DNA of 64,000 bases from the human T2T-CHM13v2.0 reference genome, Homo sapiens: assembly GCF_009914755.1 (NCBI RefSeq), contig NC_060926.1, one strand, 5' to 3'. A program made the position numbers and the translations under genes. Numbering within the stretch: position 1 is the stretch's first letter; each line of letters begins with the position of its first letter. Of the stretch, positions 25,421-37,558 are shown piece after piece. The notes below the pieces were generated by a model. It did not search any database. It was given only the letters and a program-made list of their open reading frames with translations, and had not been told where the DNA came from.

Positions 25421-26604
25421 TGTAGGGGGTACAGACATTCACAGTCACAAATTCCATTGTACAAGTTTTTAACTTTATTTTCTTATAACTCGATTTGATT
25501 TTCAGATTCCAAACTACAACTATCTGACTCAGAATCAATTTAATCAATTTAATGTAAACTCAGTCCGACTTAGTGATTTATCAGTCAATTAAGATTTATA
25601 TTTCAGTAACATCAAGGACTATAACCCTCATATTCTCATTTTTTTGCACTGCTTTTCCTATAGGAGTTGAGTCTAATCTATGGGAGAATAAGGGAGGACG
25701 ACAGAAGGGCCTTATGCAATTGCCAAGACAACACGTTAGGAAAAAGGGCTTCAACTTCTTGTGCTCCATGTGCTGCAGGTTCATATTGGCCTTCTAATTC
25801 TGGATGTGCTCTCTGAATCTCCACTGGAGGTGAGCTCATCTATTTTAGGCGACTTGGACAGTCCAGGTATGCTGATGTAGCTGTATTACCTTTTCAGTGA
25901 TGGTGGTCTATGGAGAGGACAGTCCTGCACGCCTCCAGTTTCCAGAGGTAATTGTCTACATCAAAGCCTTCTGATGAGTGACCTCTGTGTTGCTACATTA
26001 ATATTCCAAGTCAGCACTCTGGCAAATGTGTCCTGTATCTTCTCCATCTTCCTGTTTCTGTCTGCCCCTCTCTCTCCTATCTGCCTCCCGTTTCCCTTCT
26101 TAAATACAATGCCTCATTCAGAACCTATGGGAACGGCCATATGACATGCCTTTTAGAAACTGGGGATTACCAATGGGCTGCCACTGTGTCCCTCAAAGCT
26201 TTCAACAGGCATTTGGACTATAAGAGCCACATAGCTTCACTGAAGCACTGATTTTTCCTTTTTTCAAATTCCCCAAAGTTGAAGTCCTCAAGGAGGGGAT
26301 TCTATTCTCTGAGATCCCCATATTTCTCCGCACTTGCTAAACACTCTAGGATATAATATGACTGCAATTTTTCTTCAAAGCCTATAGGAATTTTAGTATC
26401 AAGAATGGAAGAAAAAATTGAGCTATGCTCACTTACATCCTGTATTTTATCTCTGGATGATGACTTTGATACATTTATACATGACCAATTTGTCTTTATC
26501 CCTTTTATTCTCCCAAGTTGAAAAATTTACTCTGGGATTTATGGTTACTTAGAGACTTTCACAGAAACCTGACCAGTTGGAGTTGGAGGTCGTGGTAGCA
26601 TTTA

Positions 26605-26780
26605 TTTTGCCAAGCATTGTTCTAAGCACTTTATTTCATTATTTCATTTGATTCTTACAACAAATATCTGAGGAAGGTATGACTACTATTTTTTGCCAGT
26701 GGGGAAACACAAATATGAAAAAGAAGTAATCTGTTTACAATTGTACAACATATGGTAAGAAAAAATCTAATCCAGAGACA
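26605..26780 (-). mobile_element. MIR
   Basis: 'tgccaagcattgttctaagcacttta...tttcatttgattcttacaacaa...gaggaaggta'. Confidence 0.7.
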
Positions 26781-27395
26781 TTTCTGTTGTTGTTCTTGCT
26801 GTGTATTGTTTTTGGCCTATATTTACTTTCTCTTCTAATTTTTATTTTTTAAACAAATTTTATTGTTTATATTTGAAGTTTGCAAGATGATGTTATGAGA
26901 CATACACAGTAAAATGGTTACTACAGTGAAGCAGATTAACCTATCTATCATCTCACACAGTTACAGTTTTTTGTGACGTGAGCAGCTAAAACCTACTTAT
27001 TTAACAAGAATCCCTAGTATTGTATAATTTTATTAACTATGACCCCCATGTCATACATTAGATATCTAAACTTGTTCATACCACATATCTGCTACTTTGT
27101 ATCCTTTGACCTACATCACTCCTGTTTCTTTCTCCCACTCCCCCAAACTGGTAACCACTGGTTTATTCTCTATCTCCATATATTTGACCTTTTAAAAAAA
27201 ATATTGTGCATATAAGTGTGATCATGAAATATTTTTCTTTTGAGTCTGGCTTATTTTACTTAGCATAATGTTCTTCAGGCCCATCTTTATCTACTCATCC
27301 ATCAATGGACACTTCATTTGTTTCTATATTTTGGTTATTGTGAATCGTGATGCAGTGAACATGGAAGTGTAAATACCTTTACAAGGTGGTGATTT

Positions 27396-28707
27396 TGAGA
27401 GGTGACAGCGTGCTGGCAGTCCTCACAGCCCTCGCTCGCTCTCGGCGCCTCCTCTGCCTGGGCTCCCACTTTGGCGGCACTTGAGGAGCCCTTCAGCCCA
27501 CCGCTGCACTGTGGGAGCCCCTTTCTGGGTTGGCCAAGGCCGGAGCCGGCTCCCTCAGCTTGCAGGGAGGTGTGGAGGTAGAGGCGCGAGCCAGGGCTGC
27601 GCTCGGCGCTTGCGGGCCAGCTGGAGTTCCAGGTGGGCGTGGCTTGGCGGGCCCTGCACTCGGAGCAGCCGGCAGGCCCTGCCGGCCCCGGGCAATGAGG
27701 GACTTAGCACCCAGGCCAGCGGCTGCGGAGGATGTACTGGTTCCCCCAGCAGTGCCAGCCCACCGGCGCTGCGCTCCGGGCCTCAGCTGCCTTCCCGCGG
27801 GGCACGGCTCAGGACCTGCAGCCCGCGATGCCTGAGCCTCCCACCCGCTCCATGGGCTCCTGTGCGGCCCAAGCCTCCCCCATGAGCGCCGCCCCCTGCT
27901 CCACGGCGCCCAGTCCCATGGACCACCCAAGGGCTGAGGAGTGCGGGCGCACGGTGCGGGACTGGCAGGCAGCTCCACCTGCAGCCCAGGTACGGGATCC
28001 ACTGGGGGAAGCCAGCTGGGCTCCTGAGTCTGGTGGGGCCTTGGAGAACCTTTATGTCTAGCTCAGGGATTGTAAATACACCAATCGGCACTCTGTATCT
28101 AGCTCAAGGTTTGTAAACACACCAATCAGCACCCTGTGTCTAGCTCAGGGTTTGTGAATGCACCAATGGACACTCTGTATCTAGCTACCCTGGTGGGGCC
28201 TTGGAGAACCTTTGTGTCCACACTCTGTATCTAGCTAATCTGGTGGGGACCTGGAGAACCTTTGTGTCTTAGCTCAGGGATTGTAAACGCACCAGTCAGC
28301 ACCCTGTCAAAACAGACCACTCGGCTCTACCAATCAGCAGGATGTGGGTGGGGCCAGATAAGAGAACAAAAGCAGGTTGCCCCAGCCAGCAGTGGCAACC
28401 CGCTGGGGTCCCCTTCCGCACTGTGGAAGCTTTGCTCTTTCGCTCTTTGCAATAAATCTTGCTACTGCTCACTCTTTGGGTCCACACTGCTTTTATGAGC
28501 TGTAACACTCACCACAAAGGTCTGCAGCTTCACTCCTGAGCCAGTGAGACCACGAACCCACCAGAAGGAAGAAACTCCGAACACACCGGAACATCAGAAG
28601 GAACAAACTCCAGAAGCGCCACCTTAAGAGTTGTAACACTCACCACGAGGGTCTGCGGCTTCATTCCTGAAGTCAGTGAGACCAAGAACCCACCAATTCC
28701 GGACACA
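27396..28707 (+). mobile_element. LTR12C (ERV9/HERV9) solo LTR, complete
   Basis: Starts TGAGAGGTGACAGCGTGCTGGCAG and ends CCAATTCCGGACACA (TG...CA). 4-bp TSD ATTT at 27392-27395 and 28708-28711. GC/CpG-rich U3, CCAAT-repeat block, AATAAA at 28451-28456. Confidence 0.97.
28057..28375 (+). promoter_or_regulatory. LTR12C U3 enhancer repeats and core promoter (NF-Y/CCAAT, GATA, GC box)
   Basis: About 41-bp TCTAGCTCAGGG..TGTAAA..CACCAATC..CAC.CTGT units. CCAAT at 28081, 28122, 28163 and 28330; GGGTGGGG and AGATAA at 28346-28361. That NF-Y drives ERV9 LTR promoters is established; activity of this copy is unknown. Confidence 0.7.
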
Positions 28708-29344
28708 ATTTCATCTTCTTTGGCTATATTCCCAGAAGAGGGATCACTGGGTCATATGGCAATTCTATTTTACAAATTTGCATACTGTGTTCCATAATGG
28801 CTGTACCAATCTTCATTCCCATCAATAGTGTATTAGAGTTCCCTTTTCTTCACATCCTTGCCAGCATGTCTTACCACTTGTCTTTTTGATAATAGTCATC
28901 TTAACAATGTGACATCATATCTCAAAGTAGTTTTAATTTGCATTTCCCTAATGAGGACTGATGTTGAGCACTGTTTTATTTATCTTTTGGGCATTTTTAT
29001 ATCATCTTTGGAGAAACGTCTGCTCAGGTCCTTTTCCCATTATTTTAATCTTACCCAGAGACCTTTAATTTGGAGTTCATGTTTTCAATTATTTTACTAT
29101 GCTGCAAACATCATCATGATGCATAGTGCCTCCATATCTTGGTGTCAGATGTTTTCACCTCTGGGTAGAATATTCTTTCTCTGATTTTCTTTTCCTTATC
29201 ATTTAAAATTAAATGAATGAACCCACCTCCTCTAAAAGAAAGGTATCTTCTTTATCACCTATCTCCCTTTTCCCCTGTTGCCTAATTTCACATTTCTTCT
29301 TTGTGATCTTGCCATGCCCCCGGCTGCTCTTCATCCTTCCAGAC

Positions 29345-29520
29345 ATCAGTGTCCTGTAATGGCTGCTTTAACTGTTTGTGTGTCAATCAGATCATGAGTT
29401 TAGTAAAATTTTGGCAAAAACCATATCTTCTTGATATCTGTACTCCAATGCATAATATAGTGTCTGGCATATTAATAAGTCTTTAAAATAATTTGTTGAA
29501 TGAATTAGTGAGGAATGAAG
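29345..29520 (+). mobile_element. L2 3' end
   Basis: 'atagtgtctggcatattaataag...tttgttgaatgaat'. Confidence 0.6.
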
Positions 29521-32420
29521 GCACCCTGCAGTGTTGATGGTCAAATAAGAGAAACTTTAAAAATGAGAAATATGGCAGGTTTAAATATGCCTGTTTAATA
29601 ATAATAGAAAATCTTGTTTTTAGGTCTCTGGGAGACGGGTAAAAATAGCAGTTCTTCTGAGGCTAATGACTCTCACTAACCTTAGATATCCATCTTGTTC
29701 CCTCGACTTTGAAGAAAACATCTGAAATAGTATGTTTTCCCAAAGGTGTCTATTGTTCATGAGTTTTGAAGTTACTAAAATACCAGTAAAGGAATATTCT
29801 TTCTGCTGCTTTCAAGGATTATCTGTGATTTTTCTGAAGTCAATCTTCAGAATCTCAACAGGCAAAAGACTACCACAGGTTCCTGTAAGAAGTCCTATAG
29901 ATCTGGCTTTGAGCAATAGCTATGGAAAGAATTGTGTGGGCAGCAGCCAGTGGGACCCAAAAAACAGAAGTTGTCACAGCAATGGGGCACAATTAGTTCA
30001 AACATATCCAGGAGAAACAAAAAGAGTTTCACGGACTAAGACACCTGGACTCTTGGTAAATTTCCCAACCACTTTACCCACCAGAAAGAGCAGTATTCGG
30101 TGGGTAAATGTGGAAATGTGAGCCATGTCTATTACAGCCAGCAGTCATGTTGTTTGGCCAAATGGCTAACTTTCAAGGGTATCCACAGAAAATATTCAAG
30201 ACTAAAAACCTGGCAGAACTTACTACTAGCCCATTCAAAAAAGACACATTTGTCCTGTTCTCTATATTCCCTAATACAAGCATCTACTAAAGGTCAACTG
30301 TTGATTTATTAAGGAAAGATAAATTAGGAATTCAAACAAAATGTTTGCAGAATGTCAGAAACGCAAGAGCCTGAACTAATTACTTGAACATAACTGCTTG
30401 AGATTTGACCAAGAATCAATTCATTAGCATTCAGCACCATCTCTTTTGCATAAAGAAGGAAAATAAAACATGCCAAAAAGAATGGACAGTTTCTAGGAGT
30501 GAATAAAGGAATAGCCTTTTCAGAGTAAAGCTGCATATCTGCTGTATATTTTAGGTGCAATTATCAAATGTTGATATGCTATTCAGCTTGCTAATTGCAT
30601 TTCTGAATTCAGTGTGTGAAATATTGAAGGCATTTAAGAACCACAATAGTGGGGAATGGTTTCCAAGTGCTAATAGCTAATGTCAAGCAATATAAGTATG
30701 ATGAATGCTACTGAATTCTCCAGATAGACATATATACCTCTAAAAATGTAAATAAAGATTCCTAGATTTGAAGACACCTTCTTCCTCTATTTTTATGGTA
30801 GCAATTTCTATATACAGACCTTTGATTAACTTTTAAATTAAATTGTGTTTTCTAGCATTGTAACCAATTTCTGAACAATCAATTGTACTATCCATGCAGG
30901 TGAATTTGCAAAACTTTCACTATTTTTATAATCAAATGTTGACATACTGTTTTTTGACTTTTGGTTCTTCATTTGTTTGGAGGTAGAGAGTGAACAAAAG
31001 CTTCTAGAGAAAATGTTAGCTACACAATTGAGTTTCCTCAATACCCTACTTAACTCTTGATTGTACACGGGTACACAACATTAATCTCTTCTCAGATTTT
31101 AAACACAGAAAATTTGTGGTCCTCTTTTCCTTATATCTCAAAAAGCACAAAGCAAGTAAAGGGTATACTGGAAGCAGTCAATTCATACTCAGTTGACTAA
31201 CTCTACTCATATTCCTTCCAAAACACTGCAACATTTTGCCTGTTGTCTCATATAATAATAGTTCCCTGTATTTTTGTTTGTATGTTGATTTTTCAGTCCC
31301 AAACATTCCTCAATTCTAAATAATAAATCTTTAAACCAATTAAGAGTCATCACTGGATATGATTATTTTTTCCAATAATATTAGATACTTTCCAAATATT
31401 AATAAGCCTGTTTTCAAGATGTAGTGCATAGCAAAAAAAATAATGAGAATTGTTATGTGTTATAATCTGGGTATTAATGACCATCTGGGAAAGCTGATAG
31501 CCCAAGGAAATATCCTATGGTGACTTTATGATTTCTATTGTAGCTCATTGGTTTCATTTTAATTAGGTAAGAAAAGAAAAGAAATCTTTTCCCCCACTGT
31601 GGCTGTCTGAAGGAATAATAGTGCCCTGGGCAACAGGTATGCCTGTTTTTATTAAATTGGAAACAAAAATAGGATTCAGTTTCTTAGAACTGATTAACCC
31701 TTGGGGAAGAAAGATCTTGAAAGTACTATACAAACTGTCATTTTGCAGCATTTTAATTGATACACACACACACACAACTTCTGTTTATAAAACACCTAAA
31801 ATAGCATTTTTGAATGTGTTTTAAGATTTTCTGGTGAATCATCAGCAGAATATAGATGTTTCCAGAATAAAATAATGTGATTTGTGACATAATTTTATGC
31901 AAGCGAGTGCTCTTTGATTATCATATCAAAAATGCTGTCCTTCTGACAATGACCAAAGATGTTTTTTCACAATAATAAGTAGATTACATGCATCTGATAG
32001 TAAATAGTTATAAAAATATGCAGGTTTTTAGTGCTGTTATTTGGTTAGATAATTTAAAATAAATGAATACTGAACATTCATGTACCTCAAAAATTCTTAC
32101 TTATTGTTATACATTACAATCAGAGATAGAATATTTAAAAGCATGAAATACAAAGCAAGGTCCTTTGCTCCATAAAATATCAAATTCAAATTAAACATAA
32201 ATAAATTGCTCACTAATGGGAATCGGGAAATGTTTTGTCTTGCTTGTTGGAGCAGAGAGAGGTCATGAGAAATAAAACAAGACAAAGACAAGAAAGTTTG
32301 AGGAAAGGCACTGAACAGAAAATTTAGTAGAAAAGATATGGAAAAAAAAAAAAACCCTAGGGAGGTAATGAAAATAAGACACTAAATGTGAAAGAAAGAT
32401 AGTAGTAAGATACCATTCAC

Positions 32421-32738
32421 AGCTGGGTGCAGTGGCTCATGCCTGTAATCCCAGCACTTCGGGAGGCCAAGGCCCGTGGTTGGCTTGGGCTTAGGAGTTC
32501 GAGGCCTGCCTGGGCAACATGGTGAAACCCAGTCTGTACAAAAAAATACAAAAATTAGCTGGGTGTGGTGGTACACTCCTGTAGTTCCAGCTAATGAGGG
32601 GCTGAGGCAGGAGGATGGTTTGAACCTGGGAGGTTGAGGCTGCAAAGGAGCCAAGATCACGCCACTTACTCCACTTACTCCAGCCTGGGTAACAAAGTGA
32701 GACTTTGTCTCAAAAGAAAAAAAAAAAAGAAAAAGAAA
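32421..32738 (+). mobile_element. AluJ (Jb-like), full length
   Basis: J-type 'gcttgggcttaggagttcgag...cctgggcaacat' and 'gaggttgaggctgca'; internal 9-bp duplication CCACTTACT x2; A tail. Confidence 0.92.
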
Positions 32739-33459
32739 TTTCATTCAGCAAATATATAGTTAAGAACAAACAAATACAAAATTCAACTTCATTGGAGAGC
32801 TCCCTAATTTTATTTTTAAGGGGTCAGGAAAATGTATTTTTGAATTTATTTTTTTTCTAGAGCTTTTTAAATGAATACTTTATGGGCACTATCTCATTAA
32901 TCTTTTCTTACTGTACAGAATATAATTACTTCTGTTTTACATTTGAAGAAACATGTTTATGGTCTATTTTGATGTAGAGCTTTGCTGTAGTTCAGTGAAC
33001 ATGAATTGGGAATAAAGCTGAGACAGTCTGGCTCCATTTACCAAAACATGGACAGGACTGTAAATTCAGTGGGCAAAGTGTAAAAGGAGACACAAAATGC
33101 TTTTGTGTAGTTTTTTGGTAAGTGAACTGAAGTGATAGATGTCAAATGTGAGCAGTATATTTATTACCCTGCCCCAGTTTCTGAATATATATATAACTTT
33201 GTGAAAATATATTGAGCTTTATATGTGTGGGGGGATTTGCATACTTTTTTAAAAAATTACAAAAAGATACTTTTACGAAACAGTATATAACAAAGAAAAT
33301 AAATAGCAATCACTTAAAATTTGTCTTAATGAGAAAATTAATACTTGCTAAGCAATCTTTTACCTTTGGGAAGCTCCACACACATTTTATTTTTGCTTTC
33401 ATTGATTAAAACATTTTTGAACTTCGTGTTTAGGATATATTTTTAGGCAGTGGGGCATT

Positions 33460-33773
33460 TTGTTGTTGTTGCTGTTGTTGTTGTTGTTGTTTCGAGACGG
33501 AGTTTTGCTCTTGTTGCCCAGGCTGAAGTGCAATGTTGCAATCTCAGCTTACCACAACCTCCGCCTCCCGGGTTCAAGCAATTCTCCTGCCTCAGCCTCC
33601 TGAGTAGCTGTGATTACAGGCATGCGCCACCATGCCCGGCTGATTTTGTATTTTTAGTAGAGATGGGGTTTCTCCACGCTGGTCAGGCTGGTCTCACACT
33701 TCCGACTTCAGGTGATCTGCCCCCCTTGGCCTCTCAAAGTGCTGGAATTATAGGCGTGACACTGTGCCCGGCC
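33460..33773 (-). mobile_element. AluSp/Sq-like, antisense, (TTG)n tail
   Basis: 'gagacggagttttgctcttgttgcccagg'. TSD CAGTGGGGCATT at 33448-33459 and 33775-33786. Confidence 0.95.
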
Positions 33774-34252
33774 ACAGTGGGGCATTCTTATAGGTGTCCC
33801 CAGGAGCAGTAAAATGTATTCATGTTAGATGAATATTATCTTTGAGAATCATCAAAAGCCACCTGATGCCAAGTCTGGAAATTTGCCACAGCTTCCACAG
33901 AGAAAGCATGTACACTAGAAAGATACAAAAGAATCACTACATGACCCATTGAAAATGGAAACCTATGAAGATATGTATCCAACAGTTAAAGATTATTTAT
34001 GCCCACATCATTTGTCAGTGCAAAATCTTAGAAACAATCTTAATTCCCATACATTGGAGAATGGTTTAGTAAACAATATACACAATGTAAATGTAGCTGT
34101 AAGGTGAATGAGGAAGAACTCTATGAACTGATATGGAGTAATTTCCAGGGCATAACCATTAAGTGAAGAAAATAAAAATAAAAAAGAGAGAGAGACTTTG
34201 CAGTAAGTTATCTGTCATGTAAGGCAAAAAGATTATATCTATCTTTTTTCCA

Positions 34253-34266
34253 CATATATATATTTT

Positions 34267-34307
<41 letters not shown>

Positions 34308-34316
34308 TATATATAT
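34253..34316. repeat. (TA)n microsatellite, interrupted
   Basis: Direct reading; about 15 uninterrupted units at 34269-34299. Confidence 0.95.
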
Positions 34317-34715
34317 CCCTTTTGTGGAAAAAAAAAGAACAATAGAAAAAACTAACAGGAATGAATGAATTTGTTTGCCTGTAGATGATGAGTGAGAATG
34401 GTATGGAAAGAACAAGAAATGGGAACACAGTAGAAGGGACAATGAGAGAGTGAAACTTCTATAAATATGCCTTTTGTGGTACGATTCTTAGAACTATGCT
34501 AATATTTCATATTCTCAAAAAATTAAAAGAATTAATTTAAATCAACAGGTCATATGAAGGAATCAAAAATGAGGCCAAAAAATAGATGTTCCTCTATTTC
34601 AAATAAATATCATAAACACATTGAAGTAGATGTAGAAGAAAAGAACTAACCTAATTAATTTTAGACAACAGTATTTTGACTATGTACTCTAAATGAATTA
34701 AAACTGTACACAATT

Positions 34716-35040
<325 letters not shown>

Positions 35041-36524
35041 CTACACAACTGTTATACTCTAGTTAGTAAATTGCTTTTTTACATAAATATAAGCAACTAA
35101 TGTTGAGACTATGTGTATTCCAGAATTGCATAAATATGTGACTATAATGTGAATAATGAGAACCAGATTTCTTACTATTAAATGAAAGGGTTTTAAATAA
35201 TCTAGAATGAAACATGTGGTATAGGATTAGAACTAAAGGTATTAGCATAAAGTAATAGTTTTTTAAATAGATAAATATAAAATATAGAGATGTATGTGTT
35301 TATGTGTTTCCTTACATATGTTTACTAGCTCTTTTTATTGAGAAGACCTAGAAACAATGACATACCAGTGCAAGGAGAATGCCTGTTATCCAGATCTTGG
35401 TTTCTAAATAACATTCTCCAACAAAAATAAATAATACTTTTTAGAGCAAGCTTTATTACTGGACTGGTACATTGAATGGACAAGGTAAGACTGGAACATT
35501 TTGTGGTCTCGGAAAGTAAGGAAGTCTTAAAAAGTGGTGGAGATGTCAAGGAAAAGTCAACATGAGGAGGCTCCCATGTCCAATTTTAGGACAATCAGAT
35601 CAAGAAAATAGATGGTCATAGTAATGCATGATAACCTATACTCTGACTGATTGATTAATTAATTATAACCTAAAATCAAGCATATATCCATGAGTCCATA
35701 CTAATAAGTAAACAATTAAACAAAGAAATAAACATGGGAAGAGAGAAAGCTGTCTCTGAAAATAAAAGTAAAGGGAAAAATAACTTTCTAGGAAAGACCT
35801 AAACACCACCCTAAATAGGTGATCATAGCTCATATCGCCAGAGGTAAAAAATAACTGTATCATGTAACTTCTGATGTAATACACTGAGGAAGGAAAAAAT
35901 CCCCATCATTTATGTGTTATTTCTGCCAGAAATTTCTAAACTGAATTTAGTCATGAGAAAACATGTCAAACCCAATTTGAAGGATATCTTACAAAGCAAT
36001 TGGCAAGGAATCATGAAAGATAAAGAAAGATTTGAGGAAGTGTTCCAGATGAAAAAAGATTAAAGTGATGTTACATTTTACAAAGGCTATACTGAGATAA
36101 TTAATATAACTTAAATAAGGTAATTCATTTAGTTAGTAGTATTGTGTCAATGATAAGTTCTGGGTTTGATCATTGGTTATGGTTATGTAAAATGTCAACA
36201 TTTGGGAAAGCTGGGTGAAGTTTGCATGATAATTCTAAGTATTATCTATGCAACTTTCCAAGCTTAAAATTATTTCAAAATAAAAAATCTAGAAGTATTA
36301 ATGTTAAACACACCCACACAAATACCCACACACATACACATGCAGTGGGGCAATTATCTGTAAGACATGAAGACAAAGCAGTGGTTCTGATCTCTAGATC
36401 ACAAAGCATAATGGAGTGATACTAAGACAGCACAGCAGAAGATTGGCCAACCTCAGAGTCAGTCATCACAGAGAGAAAAATTCTCAGCATATCATGACAA
36501 ATGAATAGGACAAATAGTATCAAA

Positions 36525-36590
36525 CAGCAGACACTGTAATTTTATATTTTAAAAGACCAGCAGAAACTGTAACTTTATATTTCAAAAGAC
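36525..36590. repeat. 33-bp tandem duplication (diverged)
   Basis: CAGCAGACACTGTAATTTTATATTTTAAAAGAC / CAGCAGAAACTGTAACTTTATATTTCAAAAGAC. Confidence 0.9.
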
Positions 36591-37152
36591 ATTTCCTGTC
36601 AGGATTGGATGCAGATATAAACCATATTTGTTTCTCTTCAACAGATACTTATAAAACTTGACATCACTTAAATGAAAAGGATAATGATAAGTTAGTGCCA
36701 AAAGGATCCACACTACATAATGTAATAGCTTATATTGAGATAGAGGACCTGAGATTTTCACTTGTTACATAACAATTTGTAAATATTTAGTTATACATAC
36801 CATGTCCATTTGTTAGCACCCACTGGACAAGGCAGACTAGGAGAAGTTGGCTCCCAGAGCTGAACTAAGTCTGAGACTTTAAACAGAACATTCCAGATCT
36901 ACACAACTGTCTTCTAAGCTATGGGAGAAGTAAAAATGTATGAAGAGCATATCAGTTCTGAATATCTACATCCCAGACTTCAGAAATCAATAAGATATAA
37001 TGAAGCGAGTTAATAGAGAGAAACCAAGAAGACAACGAGTGTCCTCAACTTGAGATCAGTAAGTCAGAAAGAAGCAACTGTGCATGATGATCTATACAAG
37101 CAACTCCAAAGGAAAGGAACCTGCTTCCCAGGACAGAATCTTTTGTGTTTTA

Positions 37153-37558
37153 TGGATTAGGCTGTTCTTGCATTGTTACAAAGAAATATTTGAGACTGTG
37201 CAACTTTCAAAGAAAATAGGTTTAATTGGCTCATGGTTCTGCAGGCTATACAGGAAGCATAGCAGCATCTGTTTCTGAAGGGCCTGAGGAAGCTTACAAT
37301 CACTGCTGGAGGCAAAGCAGAAGAATAGGTATCTCATATGGTAAGAACAGGAATGAGAGAGAGTTGGGGGAATGGGGGAGTTGTCACACACTTTTAAATG
37401 ACCAGATCTCACAAGAGAACTCACTATCAGGAAGGCAGCATGAAGCCATGAGGGATCTGCCCCCATGACCCAAACATTTCCCACCAGACCCCACCTCCAG
37501 CATTGGGGATTAAATTCAACATGTGATTTGGGTAGGAACCAATATCCAAACTATATCA
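37153..37558 (-). mobile_element. MSTA-type MaLR solo LTR
   Basis: 'attaggctgttcttgcattg...ggtttaattggctcatggttctgcaggc...cccacctccagcattgggga...atccaaactatatca'. Confidence 0.9.

Larger units (their letters stand above)
26840..29050 (-). mobile_element. L1MA (L1MA9-like) 3' end, antisense, split by LTR12C
   Basis: 'tttattgtttatatttgaagtttgcaagatgatg...agcagattaacctatctatcatctcacacagttac'. The L1 sequence 'ggtggtgattt' continues as 'atttcatcttctttggctatattcccagaag' after the LTR. Confidence 0.85.

Noticed and set aside
28057-28310. Spaced direct repeats superficially like a CRISPR array
   Set aside because: These are the LTR12 U3 tandem enhancer units, with no unique spacers, in primate DNA.
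27481-28508. Overlapping 70-169 aa ORFs on both strands
   Set aside because: All lie in the GC-rich LTR12C, where stops are rare; the products are low-complexity with no gag/pol/env motifs.
30400-30700. Faint resemblance to hAT transposase remnants
   Set aside because: Only a few residues look similar, with no termini or sustained frame; it needs an HMM search.
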